In this document: positions 28,851 through 39,315 of the stretch, piece by piece | Numbering within the stretch: position 1 is the stretch's first letter | Layout: each line of letters opens with the position of its first letter | Source: Candidatus Woesebacteria bacterium RIFCSPLOWO2_01_FULL_39_23 | GTDB lineage: Bacteria > Patescibacteriota > Microgenomatia > UBA8517 | Direction: 5' to 3' | Assembly (NCBI GenBank): GCA_001793095.1 | Contig: MGHG01000012.1 | Span: forward strand, 72,647-136,646 | Length of the DNA stretch: 64,000 nucleotides | Made by a program: the position numbers and the translations under genes | Notes under the pieces: generated by a model | Told to the model about the DNA's origin: nothing | The model's database searches: none | What the model saw: the letters and a program-made list of their open reading frames with translations, nothing else

Positions 28851-31800
28851 ATGGAAATATTTGAAGGATTAAGAGACCTTACAGATTTTAAAGCACTTAT
28901 AATCAGACTAGCTTCGCCTGATGACATTAGAAGGTGGAGTCGGGGTGAAGTTACAAAGCCTGAAACTATTAATTACAGGACTTTGAAGCCGGAAAAAGAT
29001 GGTCTTTTTGACGAGCGGATTTTTGGTCCAACCAAGGACTGGGAGTGCTATTGCGGAAAGTATAAAAGAATCAGATATAAAGGTGTTGTTTGCGATAAAT
29101 GCGGGGTCGAGGTAACTCAATCAAGGGTAAGGAGAGAAAGAATGGGTCATATTGCCCTTGCGTCATCTGTCGTGCATGTATGGTTTTTCAAAGGTGCACC
29201 TTCAAGACTTTCTTTGATACTTGATGTTCCACCCCGAGCAATTGAGCAGGTAATCTACTTTGCCAGATATCTTGTTTTGGAAATTGAAGAGAAAAAGAAA
29301 AAAGATTCGATAGAAGCAGTTGATAAGGCGAGAATAGAGAGACAAAAAGAGCTTAAAGAAACTTATGATGCCAGAATCGAAGAGTTGAAGTCTAAAAGTG
29401 ATCAAGAGAAAGTAAAAGCTGAAAAGAAAATAAAAAATAAAGAGCAATTGTCGCTGGCAGTTTCTGAGATCGAACTTGAAGAGCGCAAGAAAGAAACAAC
29501 TCTTTTGGAAGAGAAGAAAACTACAACATTAAGAACAGACGAGTTATTTGAGGGTTTAATTTCTTTAATTAAGGGATTGAAGAGATTTTCAATATTGTCC
29601 GAGGAGGAATACGATCAACTTTCGGCATATGGTGCAGCCAATTTCTTTGAAACTAAAATGGGTGCCGACGCCGTCATGGCCGCAATTGAAAAAGTCAATC
29701 TTGAAGAACTGACAGCTAACTTAAGAACCGAAATTAATGACTCCAAAGGAGTTAGTGCAAAATATATAAAACTTGCAAAAAGGTTAAAGCTGGTTGACGG
29801 TATGAGAAGAGCAAAAGTGTCACCCGCTTGGATGATACTAAAAGTCTTACCGGTATTACCTCCTGACTTACGTCCGATGGTTCAACTTTCCGGCGGCCGT
29901 TTTGCTACAAGCGACCTGAACGATCTTTATAGAAGAGTTATAAATCGAAATAACCGCCTAAAGCATCTGATTGGCCTTGGAGCTCCTGAAATTATTCTTA
30001 GAAATGAGAAAAGAATGCTTCAGGAATCAGTGGATTCCTTGATTGATGCTTCGCAGCGAAAAGCAACAAGAAGAGGGAGAGGACGACAGCCTTTGAGGAG
30101 TCTTTCCGATATGCTCAAGGGTAAACAGGGTAGATTTAGACAGAATTTGCTTGGAAAACGTGTAGATTATTCTGGTAGATCCGTGATTATAGTAGGGCCT
30201 GAGCTGAAGCTTAATCAATGCGGTCTTCCTAAAGAGATGGCATTGGAGATGTTTAAACCGTTTGTTCTGAGAGAGATGATTTTAAGAGGTGTCGCTCCAA
30301 ATGTGAAAAGCGCCAAAAATATGCTCGAGAGGAGACCTCCTGAGGTATTCGACATTTTGGAAGAGATAACTAAAAATCATCCCGTAATCTTAAATCGTGC
30401 ACCGACGCTGCATAAACTTTCTATTCAGGCATTTTATCCCCTACTTATTGAAGGCTCTGCTATTAGGCTTCATCCGGCTATCTGTTCGGGTTTCAACGCC
30501 GACTTTGACGGAGACCAGATGGCGGTTCACATTCCTTTATCTAAAAAGGCGATAAACGAGGCGATTAATCTGATGCTTCCCGAGAAAAATTTGCTTAGAC
30601 CGGCTGACGGAAGTCCGATAGCGACCCCCGCGAGTAAAGAAATGGCATTAGGTGTCTATTATTTAACAAGTATTGATCCTAGAATAAAAGCATTTGACTC
30701 GATTCTAAGTGACAAAGAAGAGTCTATTCTCGCCTACCAAAGCAAAAAAATAGAGCTTAGACAACTTGTTACAGTCCGACTAAACGGTGAGTTTATGGAT
30801 ACAACAGTCGGAAGGATTTTGTTCAACGAGAGTTTACCTAGTGATTTTGGGTTTATTAACGAAGCGGTAACTTCAGGCATTATTAAACAGCTTTTTTCCA
30901 GAGCTTATAAAACCAAAGAAACAGGCGAGGTTGTGGAAATGATCGATGCAGTCAAAGACTTAGGATTTATGGGAGGAACAGTTTCAGGGCTATCCTTCGG
31001 AATTTTTGATGCAAAAGTACTTCCGGAAAAAGAGAAAATCCTAAAAGAAGCAGATAAAAGAGTAGCTGAACATGAAAAGAATTTTGCACAGGGCCTTATT
31101 ACACTTGCGGAAAAGAAAAGACTTATTCAAGAAGTTTGGATTGAAGTCACGGAGGAATTGGCAGATAAAACCTGGGAAATGTTGGATGAGACCTCTCCAA
31201 TTAGGATAGTTATCGATGCAAAAGTTGGTCGTGCTTCGAGAGATCAAGTAAAACAGTTAGCAGCAATTAGAGGTTTAATTGTTGACCCACTCGGAAAGAT
31301 TGTCGAACTTCCAATTAAATCTAATTTCCGTGAGGGATTGTCGGTATTCGAATATGTAACTTCCTCCAGAGGTTCAAGGAAAGGTTTGACAGACACGGCA
31401 CTTAAGACTGCCGATGCTGGTTATCTGACAAGGAGGCTAGTTGATGTTGCCCACGATGTAATTATTAGATCTGTCGATTGTGGAACGAAGGATGGTCTTA
31501 TTATATTGAGACAAGATAGGCCTAAAGTCTTCTTGAATAGGATTTCGGGAAGAATATTGGCTGAAGATATTAAGACCCGCAGAGGCAAGGTAATTCTCGC
31601 AAAAGGCGAACTTTTAGGTGAAGATGAGTTACGAAAAATAGAGGAAGAAAAGGTTAATGAGGTAGTTGTCAGATCACCCCTTCTTTGTCAATCAAGATAT
31701 GGCATGTGTTCGACTTGTTACGGTCGAGATCTGTCTAATAAAGACATGGTCGAAATCGGAACCCCCGTCGGAGTTATTGCAGCCCAATCAATCGGTGAAC

Positions 31801-32570
31801 CTGGAACTCAACTTACGTTAAAAACAAAGCATTCCGCTGGTATTGTCGGACTCGACGTAACACAAGGTTTACCCCGCGTTGAAGAACTTTTTGAAGCGAG
31901 AACACCAAAAGTTCTTTCTCCGTTATCTGAAATTGCCGGTAAAGTAAGAGTCAGTGAAGGTGATGAGGGTTGGAAAGTAACAGTTACATCAACAGGTTCA
32001 AGGCCAAAAGAGGAAAGACAATATATAATTCCTAAAACTATTAAACTTGCAGTCAGCGATAAAGATCTAATAGATTCCGGAACGCCTCTTGCACAAGGAT
32101 ACCTTGATATAAAAGAAATTCTTTCTATTAAGGGGCTTCATGCCGCACAGGAATATTTAGTTAATGAAATCCAGGAAGTATATGAGAGTCAGGGAATAGC
32201 AATCCACGATAAGCATTTTGAGGTCACGATTAGAAGGATGAGTGATGAGGTCAGAGTTGTGACGTCGGGTGATACCCCTCTTCTTCCGGGTGAGCTAGTC
32301 GGCAAAGCTTTCTTTGAAGAAGAAAATGAAAAAGTATTGGCAGCGGGCGGGGAACCAGCTTCTGCTCAACAAGTTATTCTTGGTATTACAAGAAGAGCTT
32401 TGTTTACCGAGTCCTGGCTATCAGCTGCATCATTCGAGCAAACAACTGATGTCTTGACAAACGCAGCAGCTTTAGGACGCGAAGATAAACTGATTGGGCT
32501 CAAAGAGAATGTAATTATAGGTCGACTTATTCCGGTGACTAAAGAGCGGGCTCAATTGCCTTCAGCTTAA
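28851..32570 (+). CDS. rpoC: RNA polymerase beta' subunit
   Basis: NADFDGDQM, zinc-binding CYCGK, GKRVDYSGRS. Confidence 0.99.
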   Translation: MEIFEGLRDLTDFKALIIRLASPDDIRRWSRGEVTKPETINYRTLKPEKDGLFDERIFGPTKDWECYCGKYKRIRYKGVVCDKCGVEVTQSRVRRERMGHIALASSVVHVWFFKGAPSRLSLILDVPPRAIEQVIYFARYLVLEIEEKKKKDSIEAVDKARIERQKELKETYDARIEELKSKSDQEKVKAEKKIKNKEQLSLAVSEIELEERKKETTLLEEKKTTTLRTDELFEGLISLIKGLKRFSILSEEEYDQLSAYGAANFFETKMGADAVMAAIEKVNLEELTANLRTEINDSKGVSAKYIKLAKRLKLVDGMRRAKVSPAWMILKVLPVLPPDLRPMVQLSGGRFATSDLNDLYRRVINRNNRLKHLIGLGAPEIILRNEKRMLQESVDSLIDASQRKATRRGRGRQPLRSLSDMLKGKQGRFRQNLLGKRVDYSGRSVIIVGPELKLNQCGLPKEMALEMFKPFVLREMILRGVAPNVKSAKNMLERRPPEVFDILEEITKNHPVILNRAPTLHKLSIQAFYPLLIEGSAIRLHPAICSGFNADFDGDQMAVHIPLSKKAINEAINLMLPEKNLLRPADGSPIATPASKEMALGVYYLTSIDPRIKAFDSILSDKEESILAYQSKKIELRQLVTVRLNGEFMDTTVGRILFNESLPSDFGFINEAVTSGIIKQLFSRAYKTKETGEVVEMIDAVKDLGFMGGTVSGLSFGIFDAKVLPEKEKILKEADKRVAEHEKNFAQGLITLAEKKRLIQEVWIEVTEELADKTWEMLDETSPIRIVIDAKVGRASRDQVKQLAAIRGLIVDPLGKIVELPIKSNFREGLSVFEYVTSSRGSRKGLTDTALKTADAGYLTRRLVDVAHDVIIRSVDCGTKDGLIILRQDRPKVFLNRISGRILAEDIKTRRGKVILAKGELLGEDELRKIEEEKVNEVVVRSPLLCQSRYGMCSTCYGRDLSNKDMVEIGTPVGVIAAQSIGEPGTQLTLKTKHSAGIVGLDVTQGLPRVEELFEARTPKVLSPLSEIAGKVRVSEGDEGWKVTVTSTGSRPKEERQYIIPKTIKLAVSDKDLIDSGTPLAQGYLDIKEILSIKGLHAAQEYLVNEIQEVYESQGIAIHDKHFEVTIRRMSDEVRVVTSGDTPLLPGELVGKAFFEEENEKVLAAGGEPASAQQVILGITRRALFTESWLSAASFEQTTDVLTNAAALGREDKLIGLKENVIIGRLIPVTKERAQLPSA

Positions 32571-32594
32571 TTCTTTAGTACAATACTGGGGTCA

Positions 32595-32669
32595 ACTAAT
32601 AACTCAAAGCTCAAAACTGAATTTAGTTCTTAGTTTTAACATTTAAGTTGTTAGCTATTATCATGCCAA
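32595..32669 (+). repeat. Heptamer-unit inverted array; 32612-32669 is identical to 33178-33235
   Basis: 58-bp exact direct repeat CAAAACTGAATTTAGTTCTTAGTTTTAACATTTAAGTTGTTAGCTATTATCATGCCAA. Confidence 0.9.
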
Positions 32670-33133
32670 CGATATCACAACTAGTAAGACGTGGGAGAAA
32701 AAGCATCGTCAAAAAGAGCAAAAAGGCGGCTCTGAGACGGTGGTTTAATGCCAAGGATCGACGTTTTGGAGAAAATTCATCTCCATTTAAAAGAGGGGTA
32801 GTCTTGCAAGTGCGAACGATGACGCCGAAAAAACCGAATTCTGCTTTACGTAAGGTATGCCGAGTACGCTTGTCAAATAAGCAAGAAGTAACTGCTTATA
32901 TTCCGGGTGAAGGACATGAATTATCCGAGCACGCAATTGTCATGGTTCGCTACGGCCGTGTAAAAGATTTACCTGGTGTAAAGTATCAAGTAGTCCGTGG
33001 CAAGTATGATACAACAGGAGTTGTAGGCAGGAAAACATCAAGAAGCAGATATGGTTCCAAGAAGGAAGGTGCAGTTAGAACAACCATTGCTCCAGCTAGT
33101 AGTGTAGCTGGTGCGAGCGAAGCGTCGGCCTAA
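32663..33133 (+). CDS. rpsL: 30S ribosomal protein S12
   Basis: [30 protein letters not shown]; start reassigned to ATG 32663. Confidence 0.98.
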   Translation: MPTISQLVRRGRKSIVKKSKKAALRRWFNAKDRRFGENSSPFKRGVVLQVRTMTPKKPNSALRKVCRVRLSNKQEVTAYIPGEGHELSEHAIVMVRYGRVKDLPGVKYQVVRGKYDTTGVVGRKTSRSRYGSKKEGAVRTTIAPASSVAGASEASA

Positions 33134-33151
33134 TTCCCTTTCGGATTGTAT

Positions 33152-33235
33152 TAACTCAAAACTTAGAACTCAAAACGCAAAACTGAATTTAGTTCTTAGT
33201 TTTAACATTTAAGTTGTTAGCTATTATCATGCCAA
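33152..33235 (+). repeat. Heptamer-unit inverted array, second copy of the 58-bp repeat
   Basis: aactcaa aacttag aactcaa aacgcaa aactgaa followed by the shared 3' arm. Confidence 0.9.
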
Positions 33236-33705
33236 GAAGAGGATCAGTAAAAGTAAGACAAACAGAACCAGACCCTATATATAAAAATAGGCTAATTACC
33301 AAGTTTATTAATAGGGCGATGCGCGATGGGAAAAAAAGTACAGCTCAAAAAGAAATTTACAGAAGCTTCGAACTTATTAAAAGTGAGGGGGAGGATCCTG
33401 TTAAAATTTTTTCCCAGGCAATTGAAAATGTAAAACCTGGGATGGAAGTTCGTCCAAGAAGAATCGGAGGCGCAGCCTATCAAGTTCCAATCCCGGTACG
33501 GGGAACGAGGAAGGAATCTTTAGCAATAAGATGGATAATAGGAGCAGCCCAAGGAAGAAGCAATAGCGAATTTAGAACTTTTGCGGAGAAACTGGCAGCG
33601 GAGTTTAAAGATGCGGCTAAAAGTGAAGGTCTTGCAGTTAAAAAGAAGATTGATATGGAAAGAATGGCCGAAGCCAACCGCGCCTTCGCCCACTTCAGAT
33701 GGTAA
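33229..33705 (+). CDS. rpsG: 30S ribosomal protein S7
   Basis: MPRRG, RRIGGAAYQVP, MAEANRAFAHFRW; start ATG 33229. Confidence 0.98.
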   Translation: MPRRGSVKVRQTEPDPIYKNRLITKFINRAMRDGKKSTAQKEIYRSFELIKSEGEDPVKIFSQAIENVKPGMEVRPRRIGGAAYQVPIPVRGTRKESLAIRWIIGAAQGRSNSEFRTFAEKLAAEFKDAAKSEGLAVKKKIDMERMAEANRAFAHFRW

Positions 33706-33718
33706 AAATATTACTTAT

Positions 33719-34054
33719 ATGGAAAATTTAGAACAGAGAATTCAGGGGTGTTATAGCGAAAATTTACAGCGCGTTTATAAATTATATGGAAATGATCCGG
33801 AAAAATGGGGATGGTTGGTAGATGCAACTTTTAAGTGTCGAGCTCCTCGAGGAGAAGGTTTTAAGTTAATGGAATTAAAAGCGGAATTAGGGTTGGGAAA
33901 AAAGAAATGTCCTATGAAGGGGCGGGAAGTATCATCTGTTAGGGTTCCACACCCGGCGGATAATGTTGCCGGTGCTATTATAGCCAGTAAATATCCCAAA
34001 GCATGTCCACTTTGCGGTTTGAAACCTACAGAGTACGATTTTGATATTAGATAA
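33719..34054 (+). CDS. hypothetical Cys-containing protein inserted in the str operon
   Basis: ATG 13 nt after the rpsG stop; contains CPLCG. Confidence 0.6.
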   Translation: MENLEQRIQGCYSENLQRVYKLYGNDPEKWGWLVDATFKCRAPRGEGFKLMELKAELGLGKKKCPMKGREVSSVRVPHPADNVAGAIIASKYPKACPLCGLKPTEYDFDIR

Positions 34055-34073
34055 AATATGATTGTCTAAGGTG

Positions 34074-34096
34074 AACTGCTTCATTAGGAAGCAGTT
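34074..34096 (+). terminator. Hairpin, possible terminator
   Basis: AACTGCTTC-attag-GAAGCAGTT. Confidence 0.5.
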
Positions 34097-34120
34097 TATT
34101 GTGTAAAGTATGGGGAATTC

Positions 34121-34172
34121 GAGAAGAGTTTGATCGGCTTAAGCTCTTCTACTCTTTCACTCTTTTACTCTA
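34121..34172 (+). repeat. Octamer-unit array before fusA
   Basis: agaagag ... ctcttct actctttc actctttt actcta. Confidence 0.65.
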
Positions 34173-34178
34173 TTAACT

Positions 34179-36341
34179 ATGCCAGTACAAGCAGTCAAGA
34201 AAAAGTCAGCGATGATTATGGCGGTCACAAAAGACCGTGATGTCCCTATGGATAAAATCCGAAACATCGGGATTATTGCCCATATTGACGCCGGTAAAAC
34301 GACGACTACCGAGCGTATTCTTTTCGAAACGGGTAAAACTTATAAGCAAGGTTCAGTTGATGAGGGAACTACCGTAACTGACTGGATGGCACAAGAAAGA
34401 GAGCGGGGAATTACGATTGTTTCGGCTGCAATTACGACATTTTGGGATCTGCAAACAGGTTCCAATATTCCCAACGGCCACTACAGAATTAATATTATTG
34501 ACACTCCCGGTCATATTGACTTTACTGCCGAGGTTGAAAGATCTCTTAGGGTTTTGGACGGAGCTGTTATGGTTTTTGACGGAAGAACGGGGGTTGAGAG
34601 CCAATCTGAGACGGTTTGGAGACAGGCTGATAGGTACGGAGTTCCCAGAATTTGTATTTTGAATAAACTAAACCTAATTGGTGCCGACTTTGAAGGAAGT
34701 ATCAGGTCGATTAAAGAACGTTTAGGTGCAAATGCTGCTCCAATCGAATATCCAATCGGGATCGAACACTCTCTTCGGGGTGTTATTGATTTGATTAAAA
34801 TGAAAGCTTTTACTTATAAAGCAATCGAGGATAATAAGTTGGCGGAGGAAGAGATACCGGCAGATCTCATCGAAACTGCGAAAAAATATCGCCATGAACT
34901 GATTGAAGCCGTTTCTGAATTTGACGATGAAGCCCTTACAAAATATCTCGAAGGCCAAGAGCCCGATGAAGCGTCTTTGAAAAAGGCAATTAGAGCTGGT
35001 GTGGTAGCAGGTAAATTTTTCCCGATTCTGGGAGGAGACAATCGGATGGCTACGGTGCAGCTGCTTCTTGATGCAGTGGTTGAATATTTACCCTCTCCCG
35101 CGGATCTTCCACCCGTAGCAGGAGTCAATCCGAAAACCGGTGAAAAAGAAACCCGGGAAGCAAAAAACGATGCGCCTTTCAGCGCACTCTCTTTCAAGGT
35201 AGTAACCGATCCCCACGTTGGAAGACTAGTTTATATCAGGATTTATTCAGGCAAAATCAAGGCTGGTGAAGTTATTTACAACGTTAGTAAACAGAAACAA
35301 GAAAGAATCGGTAAATTGGTTCTTCTTCATGCCGACCAAAGAGAGCTAGTTGAGGAAGCGTTTACGGGAGAGATTGTTGCCGTTGTCGGTATTAGAGACA
35401 CTTCAACCGGTGATTCATTAAGTATCCCTAACGCACCAATTATTCTTGAATCCATATCATTCCCCGAACCCGTGATATCACTTGCCATTGAACCTGCTAC
35501 AAAAAGCGATCAGGAAAAGATGGGCATGGCTCTTCAAAAACTTTCGGATGAGGATCCGACTTTTAGAATCAAATCGAATATGGAAACAGCCCAAACAATT
35601 ATTTCAGGCATGGGAGAGCTTCAACTTGAAATTTTAGTTGATCGTATGAAGAGGGAATTCGGAGTAAATGCAAATACGGGTTCACCTCAAGTTGCATATA
35701 AAGAGACGATCAAAAAAACGTCTCAAGGAGAGGGCAAATACATCAGGCAAACCGGAGGCCGGGGACAGTATGGCCACTGTTTCGTTAGAGTAGAACCAAA
35801 AGGTAGAGGAGAAGGTTACGAATTCAAATCAGAAATTAAAGGCGGATCGATCCCTGCCGAATTCATTTCACCAATTGAAAAAGGAGTAAAAGAAAAACTT
35901 GAAAAGGGTATTATGGCGGGATTTCCGATGACGGACATTTTTGTCGCAGTTTACGACGGAACTTATCACGATGTTGATTCTTCGGATATTGCATTTAAAA
36001 TAGCCGGATCGATGGCAGTCGAAGATGCCGCAAGAAGAGCGGACATGATCCTACTCGAGCCTATTATGAAGGTCGAGGTTGCAACTCCTGAGGAATTTAT
36101 GGGCGATGTAATAGGTGATTTATCGAGTAAACGTGCACAAATTCAGGGTACAGAGAAAAAAGGTGTGGAAACCTTTATTTACGCAGTTGCTCCTTTAGCT
36201 GAGCTTTCCGGCTATGCAACAAAACTGCGCTCAATTTCGCAAGGCCGAGCCCGCGCGTTTGTGGAACCATCCCATTATGAAGAGGTGCCGAAAAATATTG
36301 CTGAGCAAATTGTAGCCAAGAGTGGAAAAGTAGCGGTATAA
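34179..36341 (+). CDS. fusA: Elongation factor G
   Basis: AHIDAGKTT, ERERGITI, DTPGH, GMGELQLEI. Confidence 0.98.
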   Translation: MPVQAVKKKSAMIMAVTKDRDVPMDKIRNIGIIAHIDAGKTTTTERILFETGKTYKQGSVDEGTTVTDWMAQERERGITIVSAAITTFWDLQTGSNIPNGHYRINIIDTPGHIDFTAEVERSLRVLDGAVMVFDGRTGVESQSETVWRQADRYGVPRICILNKLNLIGADFEGSIRSIKERLGANAAPIEYPIGIEHSLRGVIDLIKMKAFTYKAIEDNKLAEEEIPADLIETAKKYRHELIEAVSEFDDEALTKYLEGQEPDEASLKKAIRAGVVAGKFFPILGGDNRMATVQLLLDAVVEYLPSPADLPPVAGVNPKTGEKETREAKNDAPFSALSFKVVTDPHVGRLVYIRIYSGKIKAGEVIYNVSKQKQERIGKLVLLHADQRELVEEAFTGEIVAVVGIRDTSTGDSLSIPNAPIILESISFPEPVISLAIEPATKSDQEKMGMALQKLSDEDPTFRIKSNMETAQTIISGMGELQLEILVDRMKREFGVNANTGSPQVAYKETIKKTSQGEGKYIRQTGGRGQYGHCFVRVEPKGRGEGYEFKSEIKGGSIPAEFISPIEKGVKEKLEKGIMAGFPMTDIFVAVYDGTYHDVDSSDIAFKIAGSMAVEDAARRADMILLEPIMKVEVATPEEFMGDVIGDLSSKRAQIQGTEKKGVETFIYAVAPLAELSGYATKLRSISQGRARAFVEPSHYEEVPKNIAEQIVAKSGKVAV

Positions 36342-36359
36342 GAGTATTTTAACTGCCTA

Positions 36360-36389
36360 TTGACACTAAATAAGTGAGGCTAATATAAT
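36360..36389 (+). promoter_or_regulatory. Internal promoter for tuf
   Basis: TTGACA-18-TATAAT. Confidence 0.7.
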
Positions 36390-36423
36390 ACGCTCACTAC
36401 CACGCTAAGCGTGGTTTGTGTTT

Positions 36424-36480
36424 GGAGAGGCAAGTAGGTTAGATTCTTTTACCCTCTTGCTCTTTCACTCTTATACTCTA
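36424..36480 (+). repeat. Octamer-unit array before tuf
   Basis: attctttt accctctt gctctttc actcttat actcta. Confidence 0.65.
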
Positions 36481-36490
36481 AAATATATTT

Positions 36491-37690
36491 ATGGCTGGAG
36501 ATACAAAACAAAAATTTGAAAGAAATAAGCCCCATGTCAATGTCGGAACCATTGGCCATGTCGACCATGGAAAAACAACTCTAACTTCCGCAATTACTAC
36601 TGTTCTATCAAAACAACCAGGTAATAAAACTAAGGCTTATAAATTTGACGAAATTGATAATGCTCCCGAAGAGAAAGAACGAGGAGTTACGATTAATATT
36701 ACCCACGTTGAGTACGAAACAGAGAAAAGGCACTATGCACACATTGATGCTCCTGGGCATGCAGATTACATTAAAAACATGATTACCGGTGCAGCCCAGA
36801 TGGATGGCGCCATCTTGGTCGTTTCAGCTCCGGATGGTCCTATGCCCCAAACACGAGAGCACGTTATTTTAGCCCGACAGGTTAACGTTCCTGCGATTGT
36901 TGTTGCACTCAATAAGATTGATGCAGTTGACGATCCTGAAATAGTCGAGCTGGTCGAATCTGATATCCGTGATCTTCTTAAGAAATATCAATTCCCGGGT
37001 GATGAGGTTCCGATTGTAAAAGTTTCAGCTCTTAAAGCTTTGGAAGGCGACGCTGAAGCCGAAAAGCAAATTGTGGAGCTGATGAAAACTGTCGATGAAT
37101 ATATTCCTGAGCCAAAGCGCGAAGTTGATAAACCATTCCTGATGCCTGTTGAAGACGTTTTTTCGATTAAAGGTCGAGGAACCGTTGCGACCGGTAGAGT
37201 TGAGAGAGGTAAACTTAATCTTAATGAGGAAATTGAGATAGTCGGTCTTAAAGATACAAGAAAGAGCGTGGTTACGGGTCTTGAAATGTTTAGAAAAACC
37301 CTTGATTTTACCGAAGCAGGAGACAATGTCGGGGTACTGCTTCGAGGAATTGAAAAGGATGACGTTGAAAGAGGCCAGGTTTTAGCAAAATCAGGATCTG
37401 TCACTCCCCATACTGAGTTTGAAGCCGAAGTCTATATCCTCTCAAAGGAAGAAGGCGGACGCCACACCCCGTTCTTTACAGGTTATAAACCGCAGTTTTT
37501 TATCCGAACGGCTGACGTAACCGGTGAAGTTACGCTTCCGGAGGGTATTGAAATGGTTATGCCTGGAGATTCCGCCAAGATGAAAGTAAAATTAATTCAA
37601 CCGGTTGCAGCTGAAGAAGGACTCCGATTTGCTATCCGTGAGGGCGGAAGTACGGTCGGAGCAGGAGTAATTTCTAAGATACTTGTTTAA
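36491..37690 (+). CDS. tuf: Elongation factor Tu
   Basis: [38 protein letters not shown]. Confidence 0.99.
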   Translation: MAGDTKQKFERNKPHVNVGTIGHVDHGKTTLTSAITTVLSKQPGNKTKAYKFDEIDNAPEEKERGVTINITHVEYETEKRHYAHIDAPGHADYIKNMITGAAQMDGAILVVSAPDGPMPQTREHVILARQVNVPAIVVALNKIDAVDDPEIVELVESDIRDLLKKYQFPGDEVPIVKVSALKALEGDAEAEKQIVELMKTVDEYIPEPKREVDKPFLMPVEDVFSIKGRGTVATGRVERGKLNLNEEIEIVGLKDTRKSVVTGLEMFRKTLDFTEAGDNVGVLLRGIEKDDVERGQVLAKSGSVTPHTEFEAEVYILSKEEGGRHTPFFTGYKPQFFIRTADVTGEVTLPEGIEMVMPGDSAKMKVKLIQPVAAEEGLRFAIREGGSTVGAGVISKILV

Positions 37691-37731
37691 TTTAGTCGTT
37701 TATAGAAGCGACTACGCACTTTAACGGACTT

Positions 37732-38043
37732 ATGGCAGCAGGAAGGCTTCGAGTCAAGCTTAAAAGTTATGATCACCGCGTAATTGACGAGGCGGCTGCT
37801 AAGATATTGGATGTTGCAATTGCAACAGGAGCCAAGATCATAGGTCCGATCCCCTTACCCACAAAAAGAACTTTAATATCGGTTGTTCCCTCGACTTCCC
37901 GTGGTATAAAAAATGCTCAGGAACATTTTGAGGTCTTGGTGCACAAAAGACTTATCGATATTATTGACCCTTCAAATAGAACAATTGATTCCCTCTCCAA
38001 TCTCGACCTCCCGGCAGGCGTAAGTATAGAAATAAAAATGTAA
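37732..38043 (+). CDS. rpsJ: 30S ribosomal protein S10
   Basis: RVKLKSYDH, GPIPLPTK, HKRLIDI. Confidence 0.97.
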   Translation: MAAGRLRVKLKSYDHRVIDEAAAKILDVAIATGAKIIGPIPLPTKRTLISVVPSTSRGIKNAQEHFEVLVHKRLIDIIDPSNRTIDSLSNLDLPAGVSIEIKM

Positions 38044-38349
38044 ATGAGTCGAGAGATTTTAACTGGTAGACCTCTTTATAGGAAGATTATAGAAAATATT
38101 GTTAACGGATCTGATTCTCCAGATATAGATATTGATGCATTTGAATATCACGTTCAACACACATTTAATAGTTTGATGTTTCATATAAGATTTCAACGTC
38201 AGGAGGGTGAAAAACCAAACGAGGAAGATGTAAATTTACTTAAAGGTTTATTGAGTGCTGTTCCGAAGGTGCTTGATTATTTTTCCGAAGATAGGCAAAA
38301 AGACTTAAAGAATTTTCTAATATCAGAAGGCATTATAAAAGATGAATAG
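38044..38349 (+). CDS. hypothetical protein
   Basis: Abuts the rpsJ stop and overlaps the next gene. Confidence 0.65.
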   Translation: MSREILTGRPLYRKIIENIVNGSDSPDIDIDAFEYHVQHTFNSLMFHIRFQRQEGEKPNEEDVNLLKGLLSAVPKVLDYFSEDRQKDLKNFLISEGIIKDE

Positions 38350-38884
38350 ATACGCATCTAGGGCGGGGGAAAAACTTCAATTCGCTTTAGATAAATTCAA
38401 GATATCAGTTAAAGATTTGATGTGTGCCGACTTCGGAAGTTCAACCGGCGGTTTTGTTGATTGTCTTCTCCAAAACGGCGCTAAGAAAGTTTATTCCGTA
38501 GATACTGCTTATGGCGAACTTGCCTGGAACCTTCGCAACGACCCCAGAGTTGTGGTAATAGAACGGACAAACGCCATGCATGTGGTGTTACCCGAAAAAG
38601 TTGATCTAATAACTATAGATGTCGGTTGGACAAAGCAGAAGGATATTTTACCCAATGCCTTCAATAATTTAACAGACGGTGGAACTATTGTGACACTTAT
38701 CAAACCGCATTATGAATTAGGAAGAGGGAAATTAAAGGTAGGACAGGTAGAACAAGTATTGCAGGCAGTACAGGAAGACATTAGAAATGTGGGTGGAAAA
38801 GTTGACAAGCTTGTCGAATCACCGCTTTTAGGTGAAAAAGGCAAAAATCGTGAATTTCTTGCTTTGATAAAACCTGAGACGTGA
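38342..38884 (+). CDS. TlyA-like FtsJ-family RNA methyltransferase without S4 domain
   Basis: YASRAGEKL, DFGSSTGGFVDCLLQNGAKKVYSVD, LIKPHYE, SPLLGEKGKNREFL. Confidence 0.88.
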   Translation: MNRYASRAGEKLQFALDKFKISVKDLMCADFGSSTGGFVDCLLQNGAKKVYSVDTAYGELAWNLRNDPRVVVIERTNAMHVVLPEKVDLITIDVGWTKQKDILPNAFNNLTDGGTIVTLIKPHYELGRGKLKVGQVEQVLQAVQEDIRNVGGKVDKLVESPLLGEKGKNREFLALIKPET

Positions 38885-38906
38885 GTAAATAGCTTTAGAG
38901 GGTTAT

Positions 38907-39173
38907 TTATTTTTTTATAATTCTTCTTCGGAATCCAGTTACTTCTATCGAGCCATCCTTGTAAATGCTATTCGATGGTCTTAAAAACCTCGCTTTAGGG
39001 TAAATTTTTTGAGACAATGTTGGTTCGCGATCCTCATATTTAATTGTGGTTTCGACACCGAAAACTCCAAAGGTCGATAATTTTATAAAAGCATCTAAAC
39101 AACCGCCACGAGTGGACTTTTCATGAGTAGTTTCAGCTGTCATATTTAGTACCCAGTATAATAGAGCAGACAA
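38907..39173 (-). CDS. hypothetical protein
   Basis: Short antisense ORF between the tlyA-like gene and rplC; start uncertain. Confidence 0.4.
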   Translation of the reverse strand: MSALLYWVLNMTAETTHEKSTRGGCLDAFIKLSTFGVFGVETTIKYEDREPTLSQKIYPKARFLRPSNSIYKDGSIEVTGFRRRIIKK

Positions 39174-39196
39174 TAACCAAAGTCAATTGTTGAAGG

Positions 39197-39315
39197 TTGC
39201 TAAGCTGGCTTTATTTTTGTATAATTGCTATCCAGTGGAGGTGGGCCGTCATACATAGCCACGATTAGAATTGCTAGAGAGCCGATTTAGTTAGGGCGCT
39301 TCTGGCGCCTTTTTT
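39197..39315 (+). promoter_or_regulatory. rplC promoter and structured leader ending in a terminator hairpin
   Basis: TTGCTA-17-TATAAT (39197-39225); GGCGC-ttctg-GCGCC-TTTTTT (39295-39315). Confidence 0.6.

Noticed and set aside
29230-29620. Long charged coiled-coil insertion in RpoC as a possible intein or novel domain
   Set aside because: No intein terminal motifs; it lies at the usual lineage-specific beta' insertion site
25933-37404. Numerous antisense ORFs of 60-170 aa within rpoB, rpoC, fusA and tuf
   Set aside because: Shadow ORFs on the opposite strand of highly conserved genes, with no motifs or initiation signals
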